A DNA stretch of 64,000 nt from Candidatus Scatovivens sp. (GTDB lineage Bacteria; Bacillota; Clostridia; TANB77; CAG-508). Made by a program: the position numbers and the translations under genes. The DNA is taken from the NCBI GenBank assembly GCA_045646345.1, contig JAZRKN010000015.1, positions 128,001-192,000 on the forward strand. The letters are read 5' to 3'. Positions 18,955 through 28,800 of the stretch are shown piece by piece. The stretch's first letter is position 1. Each line of letters opens with the position of its first letter. The notes beneath the pieces were generated by a model. The model was given only the letters and a program-made list of their open reading frames with translations. It had not been told where the DNA came from and ran no database searches.

Positions 18955-20505
18955 CTATCCTAATTTCTTTAGTCTCAAAACGTATTCAATACATTCTTTC
19001 ATTTTGCCTTTTCCAAATGTTTTATCTAAGAATGTAACAAATCCATCAATTTCATCTTTAATATAAGCAATATTTAATTGTTCGAATTTTCTTAAAATCT
19101 TTTTAGCTATGAAGTAATCTATTCCTTCAACTTCATCTCCACCACAAGCAACATACGCTGAAACGAATTTTCCTAAGTGACTAACAATACGGTTACCAAA
19201 TGCAACTCTAAAATGTTGTATTACGTAATCATCCATTTCATTAATCTTTTTCCAATTATCTTCAGAAACTTCATGTTCTGCTCTAGCTTGCATAAATAAT
19301 TTATCTAAATAACTGAAGTTAATATCCATTGGTGGTGTATCTTCAGCTTCAAATACTTGTCCTTTATCGTTAATATCTATAGGCATCGCTCTATCGTAAA
19401 CCTTATCAGTTACCATAAATGTAGAGTCGTCATTGTTGATTGTTCCGATATACCAAGTATTTGCTGGTATCTTAATTCTACCATTTGTTATATGTTTTGG
19501 GTCATTTTCCCAAGGACTAGCTACAACCTCAATAATCCACTCATCTCTATTTGGCATCTCTAGAATAGATAACATTTCAGCGAAATAGTATTCAACACGA
19601 GCAAGGTTCATCTCGTCTAGGATTACTGTATATACATCATCTGTATATGTAGCTGTATATAAACATTCTAATAATTGTGTCTCATTAAATTTCTTTGTGA
19701 ACTCGTTGAAATATCCAAACAACTCTGTTCTATCTCTCCAAGACGGTTGTACAGATACAACGCAAGAGTCATGTTTTAAGAATTTTCCCCAAGCATAAGC
19801 AAGAGATGTTTTACCTGTACCAGAGATACCTTGTAGAATAACAAGTTTTGTTGATGCAAGACCAGCTATAAATATACGAATTAATGGTAATGCATAATAT
19901 AAATGTAATCTTGATGCAGCAAATTGTCTAAATGTTTCACAAAGCTCTTCAAGTGTAAAATCATTATTATAATTTTGAACTTTATATTTAGCAAACTTTT
20001 TATCAACAATTGAAAGTCTTGTAAATCTTACACCATCACCTGGATCTAATTCATCTTCTTTTTTCTTATCTCCATCAGCAGCTTTTGTTTTATCTACTGG
20101 AAGTTTTGAAGATTCATTTGGACTTAATCCTAATTGTGAAACTTTCATAGCAAGAATTTCTTCTCTTTCTTTTGTCATTGTTTCAACTCTTTTATTTAAG
20201 TCAGCAACTTCTTTTAACATAGTTTCTTGTTCTACTACTGTTTTTCTAAATCTAATATACTTTCTTAATATTAAATATACTAAAACAACTGTTAATATAA
20301 GTATTGCAGCAACTGCTAATACTGCTATAGCCACAAGTATCCATTCTTGTACAGAAAAATCATTCTTATATTCTTTAATTAAATGTATGTAAGCTGGAAT
20401 ATCAAATAATTGTCCAATTCCAGTTACTAATCCTGTTAATATTGTTTTTAATCCAGTGAAAAACGCGTCTAAAAATTCATATAAGAATCTTACATATGTA
20501 TCCAT
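18955..20505 (-). CDS. McrB-like AAA+ NTPase with N-terminal TM helix and coiled coil
   Basis: Walker A QGISGTGKT; VQPSW....ELFGY; Walker B ILDEMNLARVEYYFAEMLS; GTINNDDST....KVYDRA (McrB NxxD-type signature); TM WILVAIAVLAVAAILILTVVLVYLIL. Confidence 0.8.
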   Translation of the reverse strand: MDTYVRFLYEFLDAFFTGLKTILTGLVTGIGQLFDIPAYIHLIKEYKNDFSVQEWILVAIAVLAVAAILILTVVLVYLILRKYIRFRKTVVEQETMLKEVADLNKRVETMTKEREEILAMKVSQLGLSPNESSKLPVDKTKAADGDKKKEDELDPGDGVRFTRLSIVDKKFAKYKVQNYNNDFTLEELCETFRQFAASRLHLYYALPLIRIFIAGLASTKLVILQGISGTGKTSLAYAWGKFLKHDSCVVSVQPSWRDRTELFGYFNEFTKKFNETQLLECLYTATYTDDVYTVILDEMNLARVEYYFAEMLSILEMPNRDEWIIEVVASPWENDPKHITNGRIKIPANTWYIGTINNDDSTFMVTDKVYDRAMPIDINDKGQVFEAEDTPPMDINFSYLDKLFMQARAEHEVSEDNWKKINEMDDYVIQHFRVAFGNRIVSHLGKFVSAYVACGGDEVEGIDYFIAKKILRKFEQLNIAYIKDEIDGFVTFLDKTFGKGKMKECIEYVLRLKKLG

Positions 20506-20519
20506 TTTTTACCCTTCCT

Positions 20520-21515
20520 TTATCCTTCTAAAATTTTTGTTTTTTTGTATTGTTTTTTATTTACATCTTTAGTACTTACTATAATACGATCAAAAATTTC
20601 TAACATCTTAATTTCTTCTTTAGAAAGTTTTGGCATATCATCATTTGTTTTTACACAGAATCTAAATCCTTTTCTTATAACTTCAAATAATTTTTCTTTG
20701 TTTCTTACAAAATCATCATACTCTATTTCAAACAAAATTTTATCTTGAGCAGCTTGATTTTCTAATATTCCTAATAATTGATCTAATTTTTTCTTCTTAT
20801 TTAATAATTCTGGTGCAAAATCGCAAACATACATCTTATTAAAATTACCAACAATAACATCTTTTAAAGCTACAACTGCTGCCATTGGATATTCAACAAA
20901 CAATTTATCTTCACTTGTTATGTCAGAATTAAAAACTTCTTCTACAATTTCTTTACTATAAATTTCTGGAAATTCAAAAAAGTATTTTAATTTTACTCTA
21001 TAATAATTTGGATTTTTTGAATTTATTTTTCTAATATCCAAATCAAAATCTTCTGAATAATGCATGTCTAGAAAATCATCAACTTGCTCTAAATCCTTAA
21101 TTATTAAATCTAAAAATTCTTGTTTAAAATTGTCATCGTCAGAAGCTTTTATATTAAATTTTGTTACTCTTTTTTCTGCTATAGCATCTACAACATCATC
21201 TAATTCCATATTATATCTTACATTATCAAAGTAAAAATAATATTGAAATAAAGATAGATGATCTAATATTTGATCTGTACTTCTTGGAGTTTTTTTCATT
21301 AGCTTTTCGCTTTTTTTCTTAACAGCATCATATATTCTTCTGTAAAATATTCTAATAGAATTATCTACTCCATAATTATAGTATCTTGCATCAATATAAG
21401 TTTGGATTAATTCTTCAGAAATATTTTTATCATATCTACTTTTCAAAATTAAACTCATATATTTTTTAAGTCTTTTTTGTGTAGCATTAATATGCTTTTC
21501 AAAAATATTATTCAT
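20520..21515 (-). CDS. Hypothetical protein, possibly a degenerate EAL domain
   Basis: C-terminal half mirrors EAL spacing (VCDFAPELL..; KILFEIEY; IRKGFRFCV; MLEIFDRIIV) but lacks the EAL and DDFGTG motifs. Confidence 0.5.
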   Translation of the reverse strand: MNNIFEKHINATQKRLKKYMSLILKSRYDKNISEELIQTYIDARYYNYGVDNSIRIFYRRIYDAVKKKSEKLMKKTPRSTDQILDHLSLFQYYFYFDNVRYNMELDDVVDAIAEKRVTKFNIKASDDDNFKQEFLDLIIKDLEQVDDFLDMHYSEDFDLDIRKINSKNPNYYRVKLKYFFEFPEIYSKEIVEEVFNSDITSEDKLFVEYPMAAVVALKDVIVGNFNKMYVCDFAPELLNKKKKLDQLLGILENQAAQDKILFEIEYDDFVRNKEKLFEVIRKGFRFCVKTNDDMPKLSKEEIKMLEIFDRIIVSTKDVNKKQYKKTKILEG

Positions 21516-21532
21516 TAAACACTCTCCCTATT

Positions 21533-22591
21533 TTATATGTATGATACATCCACAACTGGTGGCGTGTTATTCATATTTGGATATGTATAATTTTCAGATG
21601 CATTTACTTTATAAAATTTAATTACCTTACTTTCTTCTGCATTCATCTTAAATTTAATCTGTTTAACATATTCATATCCCGGGTCAGTTCCTATAATTTC
21701 ATATTCTAAATCATCATCTTTATCAGCAGCTATATAAACACCTGCTGTTGTATCTAGTCTAAGAACACTAGAATCAAAAGCAAGTGTTATAATCATTGAA
21801 TGGCATTTTTCTTTCTCTGCTTCTGACAATCCCAAATAATCATTTATTGTTATTGAAGTTCCTGCAGGAAAAATTCCAACAGCTTCTTCAGTTATATAAT
21901 AATCTAATGTATTTGTTACAACAACTTCACAGTATGGGTCATATTCTTTATCTTCTATTTTATAACTCATACCTAAAGTTCCTATTTTAATATTGAATTC
22001 ACCAATCAATTCTGCAACATATGGTGAAGTCGATGTTGCTGTTATTTTTACATATATATAATCATTATTTTGTAAATTTGATGTTGTCTTTGGTTTTACA
22101 GAAAATTCAAAACTATCTTGGTTATTTGAAGATTGAAAAATCGTTCTTGAAAGAACATCTCCTTGATTTAAATTTTCTATACCTGTTATATAAAAATCTA
22201 TAATATCATCAGAATATTTAGTCCCATCACTTTTATAAACATCATATTCATATTCAATATTATAATTAATATCTACTTTAGAAACTTCACTAACATTTTT
22301 TCTACTATTCATGTTTACAGTAACTCTATATTCTTCAACCCCAGACCAGTTGTCAGACTCAAAATGCGCTATATTTGAAGACAATTTATCACTATTAAAA
22401 TAAAACTCTTTAGAAGTTAAATAATAGTTTCTAATTGATTTATAAACATATCTAGACAAAGTAACAGAGCCAGGCACTATTACTTTTACTAGCATATATA
22501 TTATTATGAATAATAGTATAAGCAAAAATAGCATTTTCTTTATACCACCATTTTTTCTCCTGATTCTTGTTTTAACTTTTCTTTCTTTCAA
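21533..22591 (-). CDS. SipW-cognate-like secreted subunit
   Basis: Basic N-terminus, TM, VTLS|RYVY variant motif, beta-rich body; TTG start. Confidence 0.6.
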   Translation of the reverse strand: MKERKVKTRIRRKNGGIKKMLFLLILLFIIIYMLVKVIVPGSVTLSRYVYKSIRNYYLTSKEFYFNSDKLSSNIAHFESDNWSGVEEYRVTVNMNSRKNVSEVSKVDINYNIEYEYDVYKSDGTKYSDDIIDFYITGIENLNQGDVLSRTIFQSSNNQDSFEFSVKPKTTSNLQNNDYIYVKITATSTSPYVAELIGEFNIKIGTLGMSYKIEDKEYDPYCEVVVTNTLDYYITEEAVGIFPAGTSITINDYLGLSEAEKEKCHSMIITLAFDSSVLRLDTTAGVYIAADKDDDLEYEIIGTDPGYEYVKQIKFKMNAEESKVIKFYKVNASENYTYPNMNNTPPVVDVSYI

Positions 22592-22609
22592 TTTAACCTC
22601 ACATCTTTA

Positions 22610-23287
22610 TTAAGTATTAGGAACATCGATTCTTTGTTCAGAATCAACAGTTATTTCTATACATTCAATTACATTTTGATATTGAACTGAATTATACCTT
22701 GCTGGTAATGTTACTTCTAATATATATGTATTAGTTTCAGGTGTTGTATAATAAAATTCATCAGAATCAGTTATACCTTCAGCTTTTTTATCAGCAGATT
22801 GACTAGCAAACACTAAATGCTTAAATATAGTATTATCTTCATCTAAATACATATTTTGATTTTGAACAGTTTCTATTTCTAATATGTTTGTAAGATTTTC
22901 AACATCCATTCCTTGATTTTTATACATTTTGTATTCTAAAGGTAAATTTGTTGTTGTTCTTATTTTCAAATCATAAAGCATATCAGTTTCTGTTGTTACA
23001 TTTTCTCCCGCATCATCTACATAGTAGTTTGAAACAGTAAATGCTATTCTTCTTGTTTCACCTGGAATCATCTCTTCTATTGAAATAACATTTGTTAAGT
23101 ACTCATCCTCTAGAGTATAAAAAGCAACATCTATATCAGCTGTAGAGCTTGCTTCTGACTCATATAATGAATAAGAACTAAATAAAATTCTATGTAACAT
23201 ACACACAATTAATATAGCAAGTAGAAATTTAATTCTACGTCTTGCTCTTATTGCTTTCCTTTCTCTTAAGTATTTTCCTCTAATCAT
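22610..23287 (-). CDS. SipW-cognate fibre subunit
   Basis: SSYS|LYES motif after hydrophobic segment; MIPGE; terminal IEITVDSEQ. Confidence 0.65.
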   Translation of the reverse strand: MIRGKYLRERKAIRARRRIKFLLAILIVCMLHRILFSSYSLYESEASSTADIDVAFYTLEDEYLTNVISIEEMIPGETRRIAFTVSNYYVDDAGENVTTETDMLYDLKIRTTTNLPLEYKMYKNQGMDVENLTNILEIETVQNQNMYLDEDNTIFKHLVFASQSADKKAEGITDSDEFYYTTPETNTYILEVTLPARYNSVQYQNVIECIEITVDSEQRIDVPNT

Positions 23288-23305
23288 ATAATCCTCTTTC
23301 GAAAT

Positions 23306-23791
23306 TTATTTTTCTTGCTTTGGTTTTTTAAATAAAAGCCATATTGCAATAATTGTTATTAATATTGCAATTATTACTTGTGGAGATTTTAGCACTTCAA
23401 ACCATATAGCCACATTCGCTATTATAAAAACTACTTTTCCTACTATATCTTTTTGTGTTATAGGATCGTCTTTTGAAGTATTAGCATCTCCTTTTGTTAT
23501 TATTTCATCTTCATTTATTTCTATAACTCTATGAGTTACAAAATCTTCTTTATATCTATAAGTTATAATGTCATTTTCTTTTACATCATCTGTAAGTTTT
23601 ACTATAACAATATCATTTATCTTTATTGTATCTTCCATACTTCCTGTTATAACTTGAAATATTGTATAACCACAAAAGTTAATATAATCATAATTAAATA
23701 TTTTTAGTTGTGCATAACAGTATGAAGCAATAATAAAAATAATCACTAATATAATCGTTATAAAATCTATCTTTTTTAGAAATTCTTTCAT
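23306..23791 (-). CDS. sipW: Signal peptidase I, SipW/S26B type (copy 3)
   Basis: ITGSMED, DIVIV, VTHRV, TKGDAN..DD, IVGKV; two TMs. Confidence 0.9.
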   Translation of the reverse strand: MKEFLKKIDFITIILVIIFIIASYCYAQLKIFNYDYINFCGYTIFQVITGSMEDTIKINDIVIVKLTDDVKENDIITYRYKEDFVTHRVIEINEDEIITKGDANTSKDDPITQKDIVGKVVFIIANVAIWFEVLKSPQVIIAILITIIAIWLLFKKPKQEK

Positions 23792-23811
23792 TCATACCCC
23801 ATTTAGTGAAT

Positions 23812-24480
23812 TTATTCACCAGTCCATTGAATTACATCTACTTTTATTGGAAGCTTAATTAAATTATTTGCTATAGACCCAATTTTTGAATCTATATCAT
23901 TATTTGCTTCGTTATCTTCCCATGTAACTTTAATTTCCAATTCATCAATTCTATCTGTTTCTCTTTCAGACATAATATCGTCTAATTCTTTAATTTTACT
24001 TATAACAATATTTCCTTCATCATCTCTTGGCAATTCAATATCTACACCATTTTCTTTTATGCCTGTTATTTTCAAATTTATTCTATCAGCTAAATTTTCT
24101 CCTGTAACCCCGACAGATTCTAGCATTTCTGCTATTTTCGAATCATCAATGGTTATTGAATATTTCACTGATACTTGTGTTCCTGTTGGATCTACTTTTA
24201 ATTTAAAATAACCACTCATTCCAGGTGCAACTTTGGGAGGTTTTACATTGGGTGCTGACTCCCAGTCCCATGTAAAATCATCAATTTCAAAAACACCTAT
24301 TTCTCCATTTTCATCTGGTACAGTTATATCTTTATCATTAATTTTTATAGACCAATTTGCTGCCGTTTCATTTATCACACCAGACGCTTTGTTGGTATAT
24401 TTTGAATATGTTGAACTAATTATTAACGCTAGTAAAATTAAGATTGCTATAAGAATAACTATTCTTATTTTTTTATTCAT
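23812..24480 (-). CDS. SipW-cognate fibre subunit
   Basis: MNKK-hydrophobic-STYS|KYTN; VAPG; VTWED....D; terminal IKVDVIQW. Confidence 0.75.
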   Translation of the reverse strand: MNKKIRIVILIAILILLALIISSTYSKYTNKASGVINETAANWSIKINDKDITVPDENGEIGVFEIDDFTWDWESAPNVKPPKVAPGMSGYFKLKVDPTGTQVSVKYSITIDDSKIAEMLESVGVTGENLADRINLKITGIKENGVDIELPRDDEGNIVISKIKELDDIMSERETDRIDELEIKVTWEDNEANNDIDSKIGSIANNLIKLPIKVDVIQWTGE

Positions 24481-24485
24481 TATTT

Positions 24486-25598
24486 TTACTCACCTTTTTT
24501 ATTTTTTTCAGCTTCTAGTTTTTTCTTTTTAGCTTCTATTAAAGCTTTCTTTTCTTCTGGTGTCATTGATTTTAATTTTGCTTCAATTAGAGCTCTTTTT
24601 TCTTCTTCTGTCATCGATTTCATTTTTGCTTCAATAGCAGCTTTTTTCTTTTGTTCTTCTGTTTGTTCTTGTTTTGGTTCTTCCTTAGTTTCAATTTTCA
24701 CTTCAGTAACTTCTGTTTTTACTTCAGCTTTTATTTCAACTTTTTCTGGAACTACCGAAACAACTTCTTCTTTTTTCTCTTCAACCTTCACTTCAGTTTC
24801 ATTTTTTTCTTCAACTTCAATTTTTACTTCCGTTACTGGTTCTTCTTTTTCTACTTGAACCACAACAGCTTTATTTTCTTCTATCTCAACTTTTACAGGT
24901 TCTGTTACAATTTCTACTTTTGGTTCTTCTGTTTTCTTTTGTTCTTCTACAATCTCTTCAACCATTTCTTTTATTGTTTCATCTTTTTTTACATTTTCTA
25001 CTTTATCAGATTTTGTAGATGTTGATTTTTTCTTTTTCTTCTTTTTCTTTTTCTTTTTCTTTTCAGCTTCTTTTGTTTCACGAACTTCTATTACAACATA
25101 ATTTAGAGTATATATAAAAGCAACCAAAGAAGGAAATACACCTAAGAATAAGAATCCCCATTTAGATTCTAATATGCTCAACACTTTACCTACATTAGGA
25201 ATTACTGTTGCATTTTCTGCATTTCCTATGTAGTATGAACTTGAAAATCTATAATCTCCTTCAACTGTATAAGTAAACTCTGTATCTGTTACTCTTTCAG
25301 CTTTAATAACCTTGGCATAGTTTATAGTAGTCACTCCATAAGTTGTTCTATAAAAGAAGATTACATCTCCTTCTTCAACTCGAGCTAAACTTCCTTTTGA
25401 CACAATAACTAAATCTCCAACCGTATAATCAGGTTCTAGATCTTCATCAATGATTGGTATAAGAGTACTTTTACCAAATTCTGTTACCTTATATTCATTA
25501 AAAGATAGCAAACAAATTGTGACAAATATTATCAACAAAATGTATGCAATTATTACGAAATTTTTAATAAATTCCCAAACTTTTTTCAAACTTTCCAT
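24486..25598 (-). CDS. SipW-like pseudo-peptidase with K/E-rich cytoplasmic tail
   Basis: SipW scaffold (LEP...GDLVIV, GDVIFF, GD, IP.VG, two TMs) but SGSM replaced by DEDL and THR absent; K12 run; SMT.EEK.ALIEAK repeats. Confidence 0.6.
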   Translation of the reverse strand: MESLKKVWEFIKNFVIIAYILLIIFVTICLLSFNEYKVTEFGKSTLIPIIDEDLEPDYTVGDLVIVSKGSLARVEEGDVIFFYRTTYGVTTINYAKVIKAERVTDTEFTYTVEGDYRFSSSYYIGNAENATVIPNVGKVLSILESKWGFLFLGVFPSLVAFIYTLNYVVIEVRETKEAEKKKKKKKKKKKKSTSTKSDKVENVKKDETIKEMVEEIVEEQKKTEEPKVEIVTEPVKVEIEENKAVVVQVEKEEPVTEVKIEVEEKNETEVKVEEKKEEVVSVVPEKVEIKAEVKTEVTEVKIETKEEPKQEQTEEQKKKAAIEAKMKSMTEEEKRALIEAKLKSMTPEEKKALIEAKKKKLEAEKNKKGE

Positions 25599-25835
25599 CT
25601 CATCAGTCCTTTTAATCCACATTTATACTTAAGAGTATATCATTATTTATTCTTATATTCAACAAGTTTTATATTTCATTTTTTTGTATTTTTGGTAATA
25701 TTTTTGTAACAAAAAAGTAATATTTTTTTGTCGCTTTTTGAAAGAAAATCCATTTACTTTTCCTTCCTCTTATATTATAATTATTCCTATAATGTAGGAT
25801 ATATTTTGAATTATTCTGCCAATATGGAGGTTGAA

Positions 25836-28800
25836 ATGGCAATAAAATCTGAAGAAGAAATAATTAAAAAGCCAACTGCATCTAGAGGAAGACCTAGAAA
25901 AGATGCTCAAGCTAGCAAAACAAAAAAATCTAGTAAAAGCAAAACAAAAAAGAAATCGACAAAAAAAGCTAGTTCTTCTAAAAAATCTACAAGCAAAAAA
26001 GTAAAAAGCACAACATTAAAAAATGTCGAAAATGTTGAGCTTATTAATGATGTTCAAATTGAAAACACTATTCCTCTTATCACTGTTTCAGAAGAAACTG
26101 TTTTAGAAGAAATAGTTGAAACATCACCTGTTGAAAACAATTTAATCGAAGATACTTTAAATTTAGTTATCGAAGAAGAATCAACAGAAGAAATCGAAAC
26201 AATTATTGCTGAAGACGAAATAATTAATTTAGATGCTCAAGAAATTGGTGAAGAATCGTTAATTGAAGAAGTTCCAGAAACTCAAGAACAAGTTGTAGAA
26301 GAAGACATCTCTTCTGCCGTTTGTGAAGAAGTAACTGAAAAGCCAAAGAAAAAACGTACAATTAAAAATCTTTCTATAAAACGTTCTATTCCTGTAGTTG
26401 AAGAAGTTATAGAATCCGAACCGGAAATTGAAGAAGAAATTATAGAAGAATCAATTGTTGAAGAACCTGTTATTGAAAAAATTATAGAACTTCCTGTAAG
26501 AGAAAAAAGAACTTTAAGATTAAATTTAGGTTCTAAAAAACAACAAGTTGAAGAACCAGTTTACAAAAAAGACGAATCTATCAATCAAAATTCTGCATTC
26601 TTTAACGAACCTTCAATATTTGCAAAATTTAATATAGATATCATCAGTACAGATGCTGATGATAATACAGAAATCCAAGATGAAATAATTGAAGAATCTT
26701 CTACTTCAGAGGAAGAAGCTTTAAATGACATCGAAATCATAGACGAAACAATCGTATTGCCAAATGATCAAATTGATGAATTAATTTGCGAAACAATTGT
26801 AAACCAAATAATAGAAGAACCTACTTCTATTTCAGAAGAAGAAAATACTCTAGAAGACTTAAATGATGAACTTTTAGAACAAACAATTTTAGAAGAAATT
26901 TCAAAAAACATTTCAGAAGAAACCATTGAAGAAGAACTTGAAAATTCTGAAATTTTAAAAAGTGTTCGTTCAATCTTAGGTGGAAAACTTGGTTCTTTAG
27001 AAGAATTAACTCAAGACGAAGAAATTCTTCCACAAGATGAACAACAAGATTTGATTGATGAACAAGATAATGTTATACTTTTCAAAAATTTAGTTGAAGA
27101 TGAAGAAATAATTGACAATGATGATAATGAATTCTTACAAATTGATCAAGAAGAACCTGAAGTATTAAAAGAAGTTGCAGACACTATCATTTCTGATGAA
27201 CCAGTATCTGATAATTCTCCTATCGGAAAATTCTTTGATAGTTCTATTCCTTCTATGACATCAACTGTAAACAATACATTTTCTAAAATTAAAAAATCAA
27301 TTTTTTCAAATATCTCTCCTATCTTCAAAAAATTCACTTTTGAAGAAGCAACTTTAATGAAACATCAAGATGAATTTGAAAATAATTATAATGAATCAGA
27401 AAATAATTTATCAGACATCCAACAAGCTTTAGAAAACTTTACACCAAATGTTCAAGCAACAACTAATATAGTTGAGATGGATATTTTAGCAGAATCACCA
27501 GCAACAATGCCAGTTATAGATACAACAACATTAGTAACAACAAACAATGATGAAATGGTTTATGAAGGTCCAGAATTATCAATTCTTACTCCAGCATCAG
27601 AATCATCTTTTGACGAAGATAAAGAATTAGATGAATTTATCGAAAATGCTGAACAAGGAATTCTTGACGATATAGAAGAGCTTGAAAATTTTGAAGAACC
27701 TATCGATGAAATTGATGAAACTGATGAAGTAGAAAATATAATACCAGAAGAAATTATTGAAGAAGAATATGATGACGAAGAGTTCTCTATTGAATCATAT
27801 TTTGGATTAGACAATGTTACTCTTGATGAAAAAGATTTAAAAAGAATTAATGCAATTGAAGACAAAATTGAAGATGAAGTTGTTGAAATCGAAGAATATA
27901 CTTCTAATCCTGATGAATTTGTTGATAAATTCTTAGAAACAAATCCAATAATAGAAGGAATTCAAGAAGAAACTATCGAAGAAGAAGCTTTAGAAGAAAC
28001 AATTCAAGAAGAAACACTTTCAGTAGAATTAGAACCAGAACAATTTGTTGATAAACTTTTAGAAGATAACATCTCTCAAGAAGAAGTTATAACTGAAGAA
28101 AATTCATCAAAAGAAGTTATTTCTGAAGAAGTACCTGAAATTATTGAAGAACCAGTTATCGAAAACAAAGAATCAGAATTAGAAAAAGCATTAAAAGAAA
28201 AAAATGAAGAACTTTCTAGTTTATCAAAATTATTAGAAACATTTACACAAACAATATCTACTCTAACAAATAGAATTACAGATTTAGAAAACAGACAAGC
28301 AGCAGAACCAGTTGTTGAAGAACCAGAAAATCCAACTTCTGATATAATCGAAGATCTTATTGAGGAAAGTCAATCAGAAATCGAAGAAGAATTAAGTGTT
28401 GACGATATTGATATTAATGATTTAGATTTAGATGACTTAGATATCGAAGACCTAGAATTTTCTGAAGAAGAATTTGAAGAACCTTCTCTTCTATCTCAAG
28501 AAAACGATGTTGAAACAGAAATCGAAACTTCAGTTGAAGAAGATGAAAAATCCGTTGAAAGTATTTTATCTGAAGTACTATTATCTAAAGATTTAGATTC
28601 TGAATTAAAAGAAGAATTATTATCTGAAGTACTTTCTTATGAGGAAAACTTATCACCTGAAGATTTAGACGAATCGTTACTAGAAGCAGCACTTTTTGAT
28701 GAATTATCTGATGAAGAATTATTAGAATTAGATTCTCAAGAAGAAAAACTTCCAGAAGAAGAACCTTTATCAGACTTTTCAAAAATAATCGAATCTTTAA

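Noticed and set aside
17817-20505. Canonical McrBC restriction system
   Set aside because: No DNA-reader domain on McrB (TM instead) and no visible PD-(D/E)XK motif in the partner; kept only as a variant hypothesis
3145-25598. Sortase-assembled or type IV pilus locus
   Set aside because: No LPXTG/YPKN motifs, no sortase, no G|FxxxE prepilin motifs; signals match the SipW class
25728-25835. Upstream TTG start for the acidic protein
   Set aside because: Runs through AT-rich promoter DNA; the GGAGG RBS supports ATG 25836
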